Below are positions 52,729 through 64,000 of a DNA stretch of 64,000 bases, piece by piece. The DNA comes from Amoeboaphelidium protococcarum X5 (taxonomy: Eukaryota; Fungi; Aphelidiomycota), in assembly GCA_023515725.1 (NCBI GenBank), contig JALDTO010000098.1:1452164-1516163 (forward strand), written 5' to 3'. The notes under the pieces were generated by a model, which was not told where the DNA came from, did no database searches, and saw nothing but the letters and a program-made list of their open reading frames with translations. The position numbers and the translations under genes are program-made. Every line of letters starts with the position of its first letter. Positions within the stretch are counted from its first letter, which is position 1.

Positions 52729-54812
52729 TGTTAGTTAAATGGTAGAATAAATTTATTGAACGCGTCTATATTGTTTCAATATTTTGTATGTCACGTATAT
52801 TGAATTACATTCCATGATTTACAGCTTAATAGGCACATTAAGTATAAGTAGAATTGTCGTTGAATGATACAGAGTCAATTGTACCTCCAGCTTTACATCA
52901 TGCATCTCTAAATTCTTAAACGCGTCTCAGCTTTTACTCCTTAGGCGGAGTGTTTCTCATTGAAAGCCTGAAGGTGAAGCGATGTATTTATCGAGGACTC
53001 TTCGCTTCTGTGGTGCGCAATAGGTCCATATAATTGTACTTTTGTTGTTACGGCTTCTGTTAATACAATATCAATCCATTAGTCTATGCGGACACATTGA
53101 TTATAATCAAGCCAGCTTTACAATTGCAATGTCAAGTGATTAAAGAAATGAGGATGTGTAAAATTTGCAAGTTTATATTTCTCAACAAGACATTGAATGC
53201 TATAATTAATTAAGATGAGGCGGCAGTATCCAAGACTTTAATCAATACTCAAAAAAGCGGGCTTCTTGATAGTCCAACTTGGATTTGCCAATGTATGTTT
53301 CCGCAATCTACGCGTCCGACATCACACGCAGAGCACTGGAAGCCTCCCTTATCTCAAACGGACTAGCCCCAGCTAACTTTCGTTAACAAATTGATATAGT
53401 TCTGTCTCACGCCAGATCTAAGAGCGCGGATGTCTATTCTTGAGGTTTATCCTAGGTGCTCAGTCAACCCGTTTGAGTAGGCGCTAAATGTATTAATCGT
53501 CGATACATAGAGCGAAGGCCATACCAATCGTAAACCGATTGACACGAGGAGTTCCAATCCACTATGCGAAGAGGTGATTATCACTTACCAACCGTCATTC
53601 GATTGGATCATGCATCTCTCGCGCACTCACTTCTAGTAATAGAGTACATAACGACAAACTAGCATCATTGGAGGGGACCAAATAGACCAGAATTGAGAAA
53701 TAACTTGCATTGTACAGTAAATATATCTACACGTAAGGTATATTAATGCATTTGCTTCTACATAAAAAGTATATCGCCGTTTGTAAGATAAGTCTCCATC
53801 CATTTTTTCATGGCAATCTGTCCAGTAAAGACTTGTCAAATGTCAGCCTCCGTATCAATATTAAAGAAAAGAACTGCTGTTACTGTTGTCGAACATTTAA
53901 TGCATCAGAATGAACGAAACCACGTCATCGCGTCGTTATGGCATATTTTGACTCAACCGTTCTCTGTAAGTTGGTTGGCTTAATGCTTTAACTGTTAGTT
54001 CAACAAAGCTTCAATTAGTTAAAATGCCTAAATCGAGCAAAGCTAACTAAGAAGTAACGACAGAAGGCTGCCAAGGCCAAGATTAAGAAGACTTTGTAAA
54101 AGAGCCATGCACCATGCTGGATATCAGCAGGAGTAAACTCCGAGATCTAAGTATCGCCGATGACTTCGTGATTAAGGTTGATTGACCATATTTTTCGAGT
54201 GATTATTTCCAACGTTTAAATTTAATATATCTATCAACCGATGTATAACACACCACGCTCTTTGATTCTGCCTCAGGATCTTTCCTCCATTTGCAATAAG
54301 ACAGCGAATGATATTAAGTTCAGAATGCGCAGGATTTGCCTCAACGGCCGCAGCTAGGCGCGTCTCATCCCACAGTAAGATTAGAACTGGATCACCTAAA
54401 GGCATCTAACGCAGAATCGCGATCCAATTTTCAGGAAATATTGATTAAATCTCTTCTTCGATAGTCATCCAAATTCTAATTGGTTTGAGTATTATCGAAG
54501 CGTCAATCAGATTGGTTTTGTCGACAGGAATTTCACAAGCGAATGATAGAGCGCTTATGGCCTGATTCCTGATAAATACTTTTAAGAGAGCAATTGGCTA
54601 TCCATCAAATTTACTGAGCTTTGAATAAGTTTGAAGTTCTACAATAGACATTGAATGAATTAATCGCCGCTTTACCGACTGGGATGTCTTCATTTGTTTC
54701 ACTATTTTAATCCAACTGAAGTTTCTTACGCGCCGTGTCATCTTGTTTCATGTTCTATTTCTTCTTGAGCCTCAGAATACTGGTACTACTGTATAATAGT
54801 GCTTAGAACATC

Positions 54813-56236
54813 ATGCAAAGGGTGGAAGGACGCGTTATAGCAACTAATTCTGCCAATGACCGTGGAAATATTGTCATCAAGGATGATACAGATATTCTTC
54901 ATATTCACTTTGACAAGGCAAGCAAGCATTTCCGTCCTTTAAAAGAAATGGTAAGAGCTGTTCTACTGTGATGCTAAAAACTGAATAATTATTTCTTAGG
55001 TAGATTAATCGTGTAATTGCATTGAACTTAGTGTCGGTGTATGAGCGAGACAATCAAAAGCACGCCAAAACTCAAAGGTCAGTGGCAGGGCTCGAACTGT
55101 ATCCTTCAGATTGTACCAAGTTCACAAGATCATTGCCGTGCTCCTGTTTCACATCGATCGGTGATTTGTTTGAGATGGTGCGCGAGATGGACGCGTCTGT
55201 TTCATAAACTGTTAGTGTTGTTGCTGTGCTGACTAATATATCCAGCAATGTGGCTGTGAATGCGACTGATCAATATATATAAGCTGGCGTTTTGAATGAT
55301 GATACTGGGTCGGTGTCTGTAGTTAGACTTGCTGACACTGACGACCATTTAACAAACTTATCAACAATAACTCAGTACTCAGTGGTTTGTCTTCACAATA
55401 TTTAGCTAGTTGATGTGGTGTCTTGCGGACCTTTACCACAACTTCTTATCACGTATGATACTCTAGTTGAGGTTTGTCCTGATAGTGCTAAATTCTCTTC
55501 ACTGTATGAGTATGCTTCACTGCTGCAATGTGCCGCTTTAAATGATGATGAAAATCTCAGTCCAGCTGAAGATTTATCGAATAATTTCTTGCATGACAAG
55601 GACTAATTTGGTATTTGGATTGATAAGTAGGATCAGCTCTCTAGTTAAGCATGCATTACCAGAATGAATAGCTTCAATGATCACGCGAAACATCCTAACG
55701 AAAAATGTTCGTACCTACTTGATATTGAGAATTCTGCTAAAAAGTTGAGTCCCTTCGAGACGCGTTCTTTCAAAATTAAAGTCATAATAACAAGAATTTA
55801 ATTGCTGGATTGTTTAAAGTCATACTGGTATGCTTTTAATAATCATAGTATTATATATTGATCATTTATTTGTATGTGTAGTTTATGCTGCCAGAAGACT
55901 TACGCGGTTCAGAGTCAATTCAAGTACACTTGCGACAACTGTGTGGATAAGTCTAAATCTGCAAAGACTAATCCGCGTAGATATTTGCGCATAAGAATGA
56001 CAGTGGCTGACAAAAGCGGATCTGTGACTGATCCGTATGTATCTGCTTAAACCTCGTTGCTGCTGCTTGGAATTGACAATGCCATGCAATATATGCAGTT
56101 GAGCCGCTCCGATCTGGTAAACTTGGAAGAAGTTTTGACGTTCAAACACGCCAAAATGAACGTCAAGCTGTACTGGGATGATCACATCAAGCAACATGCT
56201 TTGCAAATCAACACTATTGATTTAATGGAGTAATGA
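54813..56236 (+). CDS. MEIOB/RPA1-like OB-fold ssDNA-binding protein, 438 aa; introns 54951-55003 and 55828-55881
   Basis: Three OB-like regions; zinc ribbon YCLCCQK...CDNC followed by MTVADKSGSV...LLLG; ITYDTLVEVCPD. Size and C-terminal pattern fit MEIOB. Confidence 0.65.
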
Positions 56237-56328
56237 TTATACCACAACTACTGAACTGAAAAGGAAAACAATTTATTAAGGAAATTCATTAAGTAATTAA
56301 TTCCAATTTAATTCAATTCCAATATCAT

Positions 56329-57969
56329 TCAAAACAAATGTTCCATGCGCAAAAACTTAGAGGAATTAGTCTTGACAATGTCTTCATAAATCTACTTATT
56401 CACCTCCTTGTCAACTTTGGTGGCCACTACAGAACGTATGGAGAATGCTCTCAAAGCATCAGTAACAGACAACGTTCCAATCGCAGAATCTTTGCGTCCA
56501 GTAAACGGAAAGCTATCAGGACCACGCTAACACTGGCTATTTATATTCACACGGCTAACTTGATGCACCAAATCATCCACCAATTCAGAGATTAGTCTGG
56601 TGTCCTTCTAACCAAAAATGGAAGCCTACTGCCCATACTAGGATTCGGCTAAATAATCGAAGATCTCCTTGTGATCTTTATACATGACGATCGGTACAAT
56701 AGGACCAAATTGCTCTTCAAAATAAATTCTCATCGACTTTGTAACATCAGTCAGCACAGTCGGCGCGTAGAATGTTCTATCAAACTTTCCACCCCGCTGT
56801 TTGTTAGCAATAGACGCACCCTTAGACAATGCATCATCCACCAGGCCTTACAAGTAATCTATCTTTCCTTCTTCAGCGATTGGAGTGACTTTCACATTCT
56901 GAACCCATGGACAGCCAATAGGTAATCTATCCACAGCTGCGGCAAACTTTTCCACGAACGACTGATGAATAGACTCATGGACGAAAATCAGCTTAATTGC
57001 AGTACAACGCTAGCCCATGTAAGAGAACGACCCAAGAACACATTCAGGAACTGCAACATCATTCAAGTCAGCATCAGGTAGGACAATCGCAGGATTCTTA
57101 GCCTCCAATCCGAGCACTACCTTCAAACGATGTGGCTTTGGGTGATGTTTCAGCAAACTGTCAGCCGCCGAAGAAGTTCCAATTAGCGCGAAACCGTCCA
57201 AGTGGCCGCTCTTCATCAAAGCTGGCATTATCTCACGTCCACTGCCTGTCAACACATTAACTACACCCGGCGGAAAGCAGTCTTTGAATAACTAGAACGT
57301 TGGATAGTGGCAAAGTACTCCGACACGAGGAATCTTCAAAATAGCAGTGTTTCCCACCAACAGAGCAGGAATAAGCGTTGTGTAAGACTCATTCAGCGGG
57401 TAGTTTTGAGGAGCGGAACACAACATTACACCCAGAGGAGCACGCCGGATCTACGCAGTCACACCCTGGTCTGTGATAAAAGAGGACGCTGCATTCTCCT
57501 ATGCCTTCAAAGCCGCAATAGTATCGACAATGTACGTGATGGTACGGTCAACTTCCTTCTGCGCATCCTCTTTATTCTTGCAGATCTCCCACATCAAAAT
57601 TTCAACAATTTCATCGCGAGCCTTTTTCAGGCCCTCCACAAACTTGGACATTGCTGCAATACGACCCTTTACACCAATTTTACACCAGGGACCTCTTCCA
57701 TAATCATAAGCTTTGACTGCAGCGTCAAGAGCCTCCATAGCTTCCTTGTCTGTCAACATTCCATATGAGCCTATCAGTGTCTTTTACTCTGGAGCTCCCT
57801 TCACTAGAACAGGCGAATAGACCTGGCTCGACTTACCGGTCCACTAGCGAATTTCTCCATTGATAAGATACAGATTATCGCCAGCCTTAGGAGCTTGTCT
57901 ACTACCAGGCTCGGCATAGAAATCGTCAAAGATTTTGGTACACAGATCTTGGCCTTTCACAGTAGGCAT
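56329..57969 (-). CDS. gapN: Non-phosphorylating NADP-dependent glyceraldehyde-3-phosphate dehydrogenase (ALDH11), 546 aa
   Basis: [48 protein letters not shown]. Confidence 0.9.
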
Positions 57970-58242
57970 GATGTCTAATACGCAGTGGAGTTTTAGCGAA
58001 CAGAGAAAGTCTAACAGACAGTTGTTTCAACTCAAGAAGAGCACGCGCGTCTAAGTGAAACGATCTGTTGACTGACTAAAGATTTTCAATACGTCTTACT
58101 GCTTTAGATTCCTATCTCTGCTTATCTTTACAATTTCGGACAATAAGTTACAGCATGAGAATGAAGCTTCGTATATAAACGACAAGGAGAATTAAGTTAA
58201 CAATATAAACAATTGTATTGTACAAGATGACTGTAATGCACG

Positions 58243-59304
58243 TCAATATTCTTGAATGGGATCTTCTTCATCATCAGACTTTATGGCACCATACGAGAAT
58301 ACAGCAGACTCGCGATATAAAACATAGTGTTAGACGATGAATAAAACATCAAATACCAAGCTAGTAACACCAAGACCCACTTTGATCAAGTTTCCAAATA
58401 TCCCATTCCAGTCATCTACACTTGAAATAACTAATGAATACCCAACGATGATCAAAAAGCCTAATAAGAACCATTATACTTACCGGTAATATACGCGTCT
58501 AAAATGAGTTGTGTAAATGATAAAGTACCGCCAGTAAAATCTAGCAATATGTTAATGATTGACCATCCAGCAGTGGACTTTCGCACATAATTAAAGTACG
58601 CTTGCGGCACGTATTTAATCAAGCTAGTCCCCATCTTGATGTAAGATAAGGCATATATCATGGTAATCCAATCAGTAACGCGCAAGATGGAGGTGATGAG
58701 CAGAGTAAAGATCACGATAAACGCAGCGATTAGTAAGTATTATGCAAAGCGCGTAATTAACCTACCATTAGACTCTCTGAACGCAAAAGCCAAAATCAAC
58801 GTGACTACAGTGAATAAGAACGCATGTGCCGCAAACACGACATCATTCAACTAAACCAGAGGCATATTTCCATTGTTTCTAGCCGCGTACTATCGCCTAA
58901 TCTCATCATTAATAAAGAATGTGATGGTATAAATCTACAAAACGCTTTAATACAATTTCAATAACCAAAATTGACAATCAAAAATAAAGAAATCTTACAA
59001 AGTAGCAAAGGAATCCAAGAACATTGTATACAACAAAATCAAAAGAGAGTCCATGAGATGATTTCCGTCTAATAATAAGGAAGATCTACACAATTTACTC
59101 AAAATTTAATCGAATAGGATGAGAAAATTGCATCAATAGATTAAAATTACTCACCTATGGATAGAAACTGATCGACCATGCAGCAAAATAACTCTACAAA
59201 AATCATTATCGAAATATTAATATAAAACAAGTCTTAAAGCATTGTGTTAACGTAGAGAATCTTACCCACCCGATAACTATCGACAGGATCTAAAGATCAG
59301 CCAT
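58243..59304 (-). CDS. CTNS: Cystinosin/Ers1 PQ-loop lysosomal cystine transporter, about 5 short introns
   Basis: AWSISFYPQ, GLSFDF, NDVVFAAHA, IKYVPQAYFNYVRKSTAGWSIINILLDFTGG, FDVLFIVQHYVLY. Confidence 0.92.
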
Positions 59305-59806
59305 TTCTTATAAGGAAGTATGACACTAAAGAATTCCCAAAATCTCTGTGAGGTCAAAGCTTTGTAGTGCTGTAATAAAATGCAATAATGCAATCTTAAT
59401 AGATTATTCTAATATTAAACTTAAGAAGAAAGGGAATTGATTATGAAATCAAACTCTGATTAAATTCCTATGACGTGATCAGTATCGACCAACCAGAACT
59501 AATGAAAATTGAGATCTTCTAATCTTCAATTAATGTTAAAATATTTAACCGTTACAATCATATAGAATGGTGTTTCATCACAAAGGTGATAACATCCGCT
59601 TTCTTTTCCCGGATTGAGTCATGATGAAGAGCACACTGCGTAACTATCCACGTTGCAATGAATGGTTCAAAGTTGTTTCAGCCTGATGGAACGTTTTGAT
59701 TTGTCGCGCGACGAAACTTTCTCGTTTCTCTCCTTTCTCTCAATCTATACCGTTTTAGTCTCTATTGGCCCAGAATACTTGTTCAAACTTTAGTAAAGTC
59801 AATCTA

Positions 59807-61299
59807 ATGCAGATAACTATTACTAATTAAAAGGGTGAGATTTACTCCCTTGAGTTGACTCGGGATACTGAGGTGAGATTCTATCGTATTTTATTATAGT
59901 TCTTATAACTGAATTATTAAAAGTTTTATTATTTTTGTAGATTTCAACTTTGAAGATGCTAGTGGAAGCCGAGTTTAATATTCCTGCGTAATCGCAATAG
60001 TATTATAAGGATAGTAAGGTGTTAAATACCTCCTTGTAATCAGAGTCATGTACTCTTTAGCAGTTGGGTATTCAAGATAACGATGTTCTCTTTGTTCATG
60101 ATAGTTCCTAGATGCAACTTTCTCAATAATAAAGTAGCCAGGGTCAATCTTAAAATCAATAATCCTCATAAGTTGATGCTTAACTGGATGCTTTGAGATA
60201 GTAGCTGCTGTCTGATCCTAATATGAGATAGTAAATGCAAGCTACTAATCCTGGTCTTTTGAATGCCGCCCAGAATGATCCAGTAAAGTTCAAGTAGATG
60301 TTGTAGACCATGATGGGTGAGCAGATGCTTCCTGCAGTTTCTCCGTAGAATATCAGTCATTCAGATCCATTCGATGTTGAGATGTAGAAGCGGATTGAAG
60401 AGTAGATTAGAATGGAAAACATTAATGAGAATATGGAATTGGCCTATTAGTACAATCCTGAAGTGTTTACTAAAGTTCATATGCTGTATGTTGACGTGGA
60501 GGTTAATGGTCGTCATATTAAGGCGTTCATAGACTCTGGTGCACAGGCAACTATAATGACGCCTGCATGTGCTGAGAAATGTGGTATTATGCATCTGTGT
60601 GACTCCCGATTCGCAGGTATAGCCAAAGGTGTGGGAACTTCAAAGATTTTGGGCAGGATTCATGCTGCCACCTTGAAATTGATTGGTAAAAAGAAGAAGA
60701 TCGATACAGGTTCCTCTTTATCAGAGAAATAGTAGTAGAAATAGAGTCAAGATGCTGTAAAATCTGCAGCAGAGTCGTAGAATAAATCAAAAGATTCCAA
60801 CTCTTTATTTGTATAGTGTTCATTCACTATAACTGAGCTTGGTGAGATGGATATTCTAATTGGATTGGATATGCTACGAAGATTTTCTGCTTGTATTGAC
60901 CTAGAGAAGAATGTTCTGAGAATTGGAGAGTTTGAGACTCATTTCCTGTCTGAAAATGAACTTCCTGATTATGCCAAGCGTGAGTTTAGTGGTGAATTGG
61001 CTTAAAAGTCTCCTGTTGCTTAGAAGCCATAGCAGTTGCTGTCGTCAGGTAATTAAGCTGATAATTTGGGTTCATAGTAGGTTGGTAGTTCTGCTAATGC
61101 TTCCAAGTCTGGCAATCATAGTCAGAACAGACAGTAGACATAATCCACGGGTGGTACTCAACAATCATCAACTGCATAGTTTCCAGATGCTTCTATTCAG
61201 AGTCTGATTAATATTGGAATGAGTCGAGATGAAGCCATTAAAGCACTGAGGAAAACTAATGGAAATGTAGAGGTTGCTGCTTCAATGTTCTTCCAATGA
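59807..61299 (+). CDS. DDI1: DNA damage-inducible protein 1 (UBL, retroviral-like protease, UBA); intron 59873-59940
   Basis: [44 protein letters not shown]-terminal UBA ([24 protein letters not shown]). Confidence 0.95.
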
Positions 61300-61383
61300 T
61301 AATAATAAGTCTTTATATGAGATATTGATAAGATGCCAATTACAGCGTTTATTGATTTTGAGCTTACTATAATAAAGTTTAAT

Positions 61384-62127
61384 TCAATAGATACACAGAT
61401 TAGCTTTAAGGAATTCAAGTGCCTTCTTGAACGCCTTTGGTGCATTGTCTTTACTATACACCTCTGGGCGATGTTCATTCATGAAAGCGTGACCACAGCC
61501 TTCAAACATGGCAGTCTCGTGGCGACACTTGAGCTGCTTCTTGAACTACTCCAGAGACTCCGGGTCAGAGAAGCCCTTCATAGTATCCTCCTTACCAAAT
61601 ATGAACAGCACTGGGACTTTAATGTTGGCGGGTGGAAAATATTGCGCGCCGGGTAGACCGTAGAATGGGACACACGCATCTATTGCATCTGGGTACTTAC
61701 TAGCCAGTGCCAGAGATAGAGCACCTCCCATACAAGTTCCAGTGACAGCGACGCGTTCACAACCTTGTTCACGCAGGTAATCACTCCACAGCTTCAGTTC
61801 GTCGACAGCCTTCTGAAAGTCCAAATTCTGCATGGCATGACTCGCTTCATCATCCTTGCCGTATGGAACAACTTTACTACGGTACAAATCTGGACACACC
61901 ACTAGATATCCGCCACTGCCACCATTGCCTGTATCAGCATTATCGCCTTTAGTAGAATCTTTACCAAAATCATAACTTTCATTAGCAAATCTCGCGCCCA
62001 ATGCCTTCAACTGATCATTCAATCCCCACCATTCGCTGTTGATTATGAGTCCGCAAGTTGGTTTACTATCCTAGTTGGATGGAGCGACGACCCAACCTGG
62101 ACAATTTTTATAAGTTACACTTGACAT
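61384..62127 (-). CDS. Dienelactone hydrolase-family protein, 247 aa
   Basis: EWWGLN, PDLY, GTCMGG nucleophile elbow, PFYG, GHAFMN. Confidence 0.92.
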
Positions 62128-62359
62128 TTATGTTATACCACACTACAATATAACGTACGTATATCTCTGGTAAAAAGCTTTGTAAGTGATAGAGAACTGG
62201 GAAGTGAAAACGATTAAGGAAACTAAAAGAGCGACGCTCAACAGTAAAGCATGATCATCATATTTATCATCATTTTCTCATACAACACTCAATAAATGCT
62301 TGATTTAACACACAGGGCAAACTCAGTATTCACTTTCTATTCGGCAGATCTTGAGCACA

Positions 62360-64000
62360 TCATGGCAAATTATCAACCGAGTTGGAAATCTGCTAGCTCT
62401 TGAGAAGGTCTTCGCTATTCTTGATCTTATCAAACATCTTCTTACCTTTGTTGTCGCTCTTAGCAGGCAATGCAGGTGGATTGAGAATTCTGCTACCTCT
62501 TAAATTGCCGCTTGCAAGTTATTAACTAGATCCATTCAGCTTAGATTAACTTCTGGCCAGATTGTCAATGGATTAAACGCTGATACTCTCGAATTTCTCC
62601 AGTAACATGGTGACACGCTTCTATTTCTTGCTATTATCGTCATCCTTTTGATCTGGTTATTATTGTGCCTCACTAGCTTGAACTATTGGTGCTGTTTGAC
62701 TTTACTACTGATCGGCACCTGCAGATGAAGGATCAACTTTTAGTTATTCAGAAGCTACCATGACGGGTACAGCTTCCTTGTCCAAGGCAATGTCATTTTA
62801 ACCCACTGAGTTACTAGGCTCTTCAATAAAAGACATGTCAATCTTTTTACCTTGAGTCTTGATTTAAACATCACCAGCATTGGATTCACGTTCAATGTCA
62901 AACATTGTCATTATTGAAGTTTTAATTTTCTCCTGAGACCTGCTTGACAAGGATGGTCTGACTTTTCCAGTAACAGGTGGATTCTATTAGTTTTTCAATT
63001 CTGCAGAAGATTAAGCTTCACCTTACTCAACCTGAGACTGAATTGACTACGGCTATACGTTCTATGAGACAATACCAGCGCCTAACTTCCCTTGATCAGC
63101 TTTAGTATTAACATCATCATCACTTTTAGCATTTTTATCATCATTATCTTCATCGTCATCATCAAATATATCCATAGACTGGCGGGAACCAAGAGCTTCC
63201 ATATTCTCTAAGAACTTGGTCTTTGGAGTTGCATTAGACATTCCAAGAATCTCAGATGACAAATTTCTCCTTAATCCATTACCGGAACCATCTTCTTCCT
63301 CAACTTTATTAGATAAAAACAAGTTGGGGTTGAGTGACTGAGCAAAATTGGCCTTTTTCACTTTAAATTCCTCTGTGCCTCTGAGATCAACCACCATTTC
63401 ATTTGGGGAATCAAATCTAATCTTATCCTTCTAAGCAGACTTTTCAACTATGGACTTGACTTTTTCCTGACGATCATTAATCTCTTTATCCACAACTGTG
63501 GTAGGACGATCATTAATCAACTTCTCCCTCTACTCCTTGTCCTTCTTGATCTCAGATAGAACCTTATTCAGTTCAAGGACCCAAGAGTCACGCTCATACT
63601 CTGTAGGACAAGCAAAGCAAATGTATCCATCCTTTGGTCTTTATTTCTACACTAACGCATTCTACCTCACAGTAGAATAGCCTTCATTAGGAATCAGTAG
63701 CTCGTGTATCTTCACCTTGAATACCCAGTACGGCGTCTTTTCAGAGCCTATTTATATAACTGTATCCACTCCGTCCTGCTCAAGTCTTTCGGCAGACATT
63801 AGATTGCTCAGAGAGACGACGTACTTCACTTTGACTTTTGATACATCACCTGCGAATACCGACTTCTCGCTCACCTTATTGATTATCAGTATATCGGTAA
63901 ACAGCAGAAGCCAGCGTTGAGTGGTCTGACTCTATGATACTGGCTTTCCGGGGATTATATCCTTGACCTCCAATAGTTCACCACTCTCGCCAAGCTCACG
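62360..64000 (-). CDS. 3' part of a PH-domain protein (RhoGEF-type PH) with a long disordered tail; starts beyond the window
   Basis: RELGESGELLEV...RWLLLFTDILII...FACPTEYERDSWVLELNKV; the frame is continuous to TGA 62360-62362. Confidence 0.7.

Noticed and set aside
53130-54660. Kinase subdomain XI-like peptide (LIQFCLTPDLRARMS) and other short frames
   Set aside because: No other kinase motifs; frames are broken.
1-64000. Reading the many short ORFs as separate genes or as mass pseudogenisation
   Set aside because: They are table-6 genes cut at TAA/TAG. Neighbouring fragments share a frame and rebuild full-length conserved proteins.
1-64000. CRISPR array, tRNA or rRNA genes
   Set aside because: No regularly spaced repeats, cloverleaf or rRNA signatures seen.

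Overview
Gene-dense, intron-poor eukaryotic nuclear DNA of fungal/opisthokont type. The supplied ORF track is fragmented because this genome reads TAA and TAG as Gln and stops only at TGA (translation table 6). Invariant Gln residues fall on TAG/TAA (DIM1 WQVDQAI, cystinosin FYPQ, GapN GQRC), and the short ORFs join into full-length proteins. A fungus-like gene set with this code fits the aphelid algal parasite Amoeboaphelidium; that identification is an inference. Re-read with the right code, the window holds about 28 genes, including RRP40, C2CD5, an inositol 5-phosphatase, a PP2C, a FIT/Scs3 protein, DIM1, BCS1, cystinosin, DDI1, GapN and a MEIOB-like protein. Highlights: (1) an intact 771-aa Fanzor1 (eukaryotic TnpB-like RNA-guided nuclease) with a full RuvC D-E-D triad, about 24 TAA/TAG Gln codons, a structured omega-RNA-like 3' region and no adjacent transposase; (2) a second, divergent and decayed Fanzor1 that still has a structured downstream RNA; (3) two orphan, highly structured minus-strand RNA elements with shared architecture; (4) two apparent pseudoenzymes from pigment-oxidising families, a carotenoid oxygenase lacking all four Fe-binding His and a Rieske oxygenase lacking all four [2Fe-2S] ligands; (5) a methyltransferase/D-Ala-D-Ala-ligase fusion; (6) an excess of Gln codons immediately before TGA stops. 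All translations and RNA folds were done by eye.
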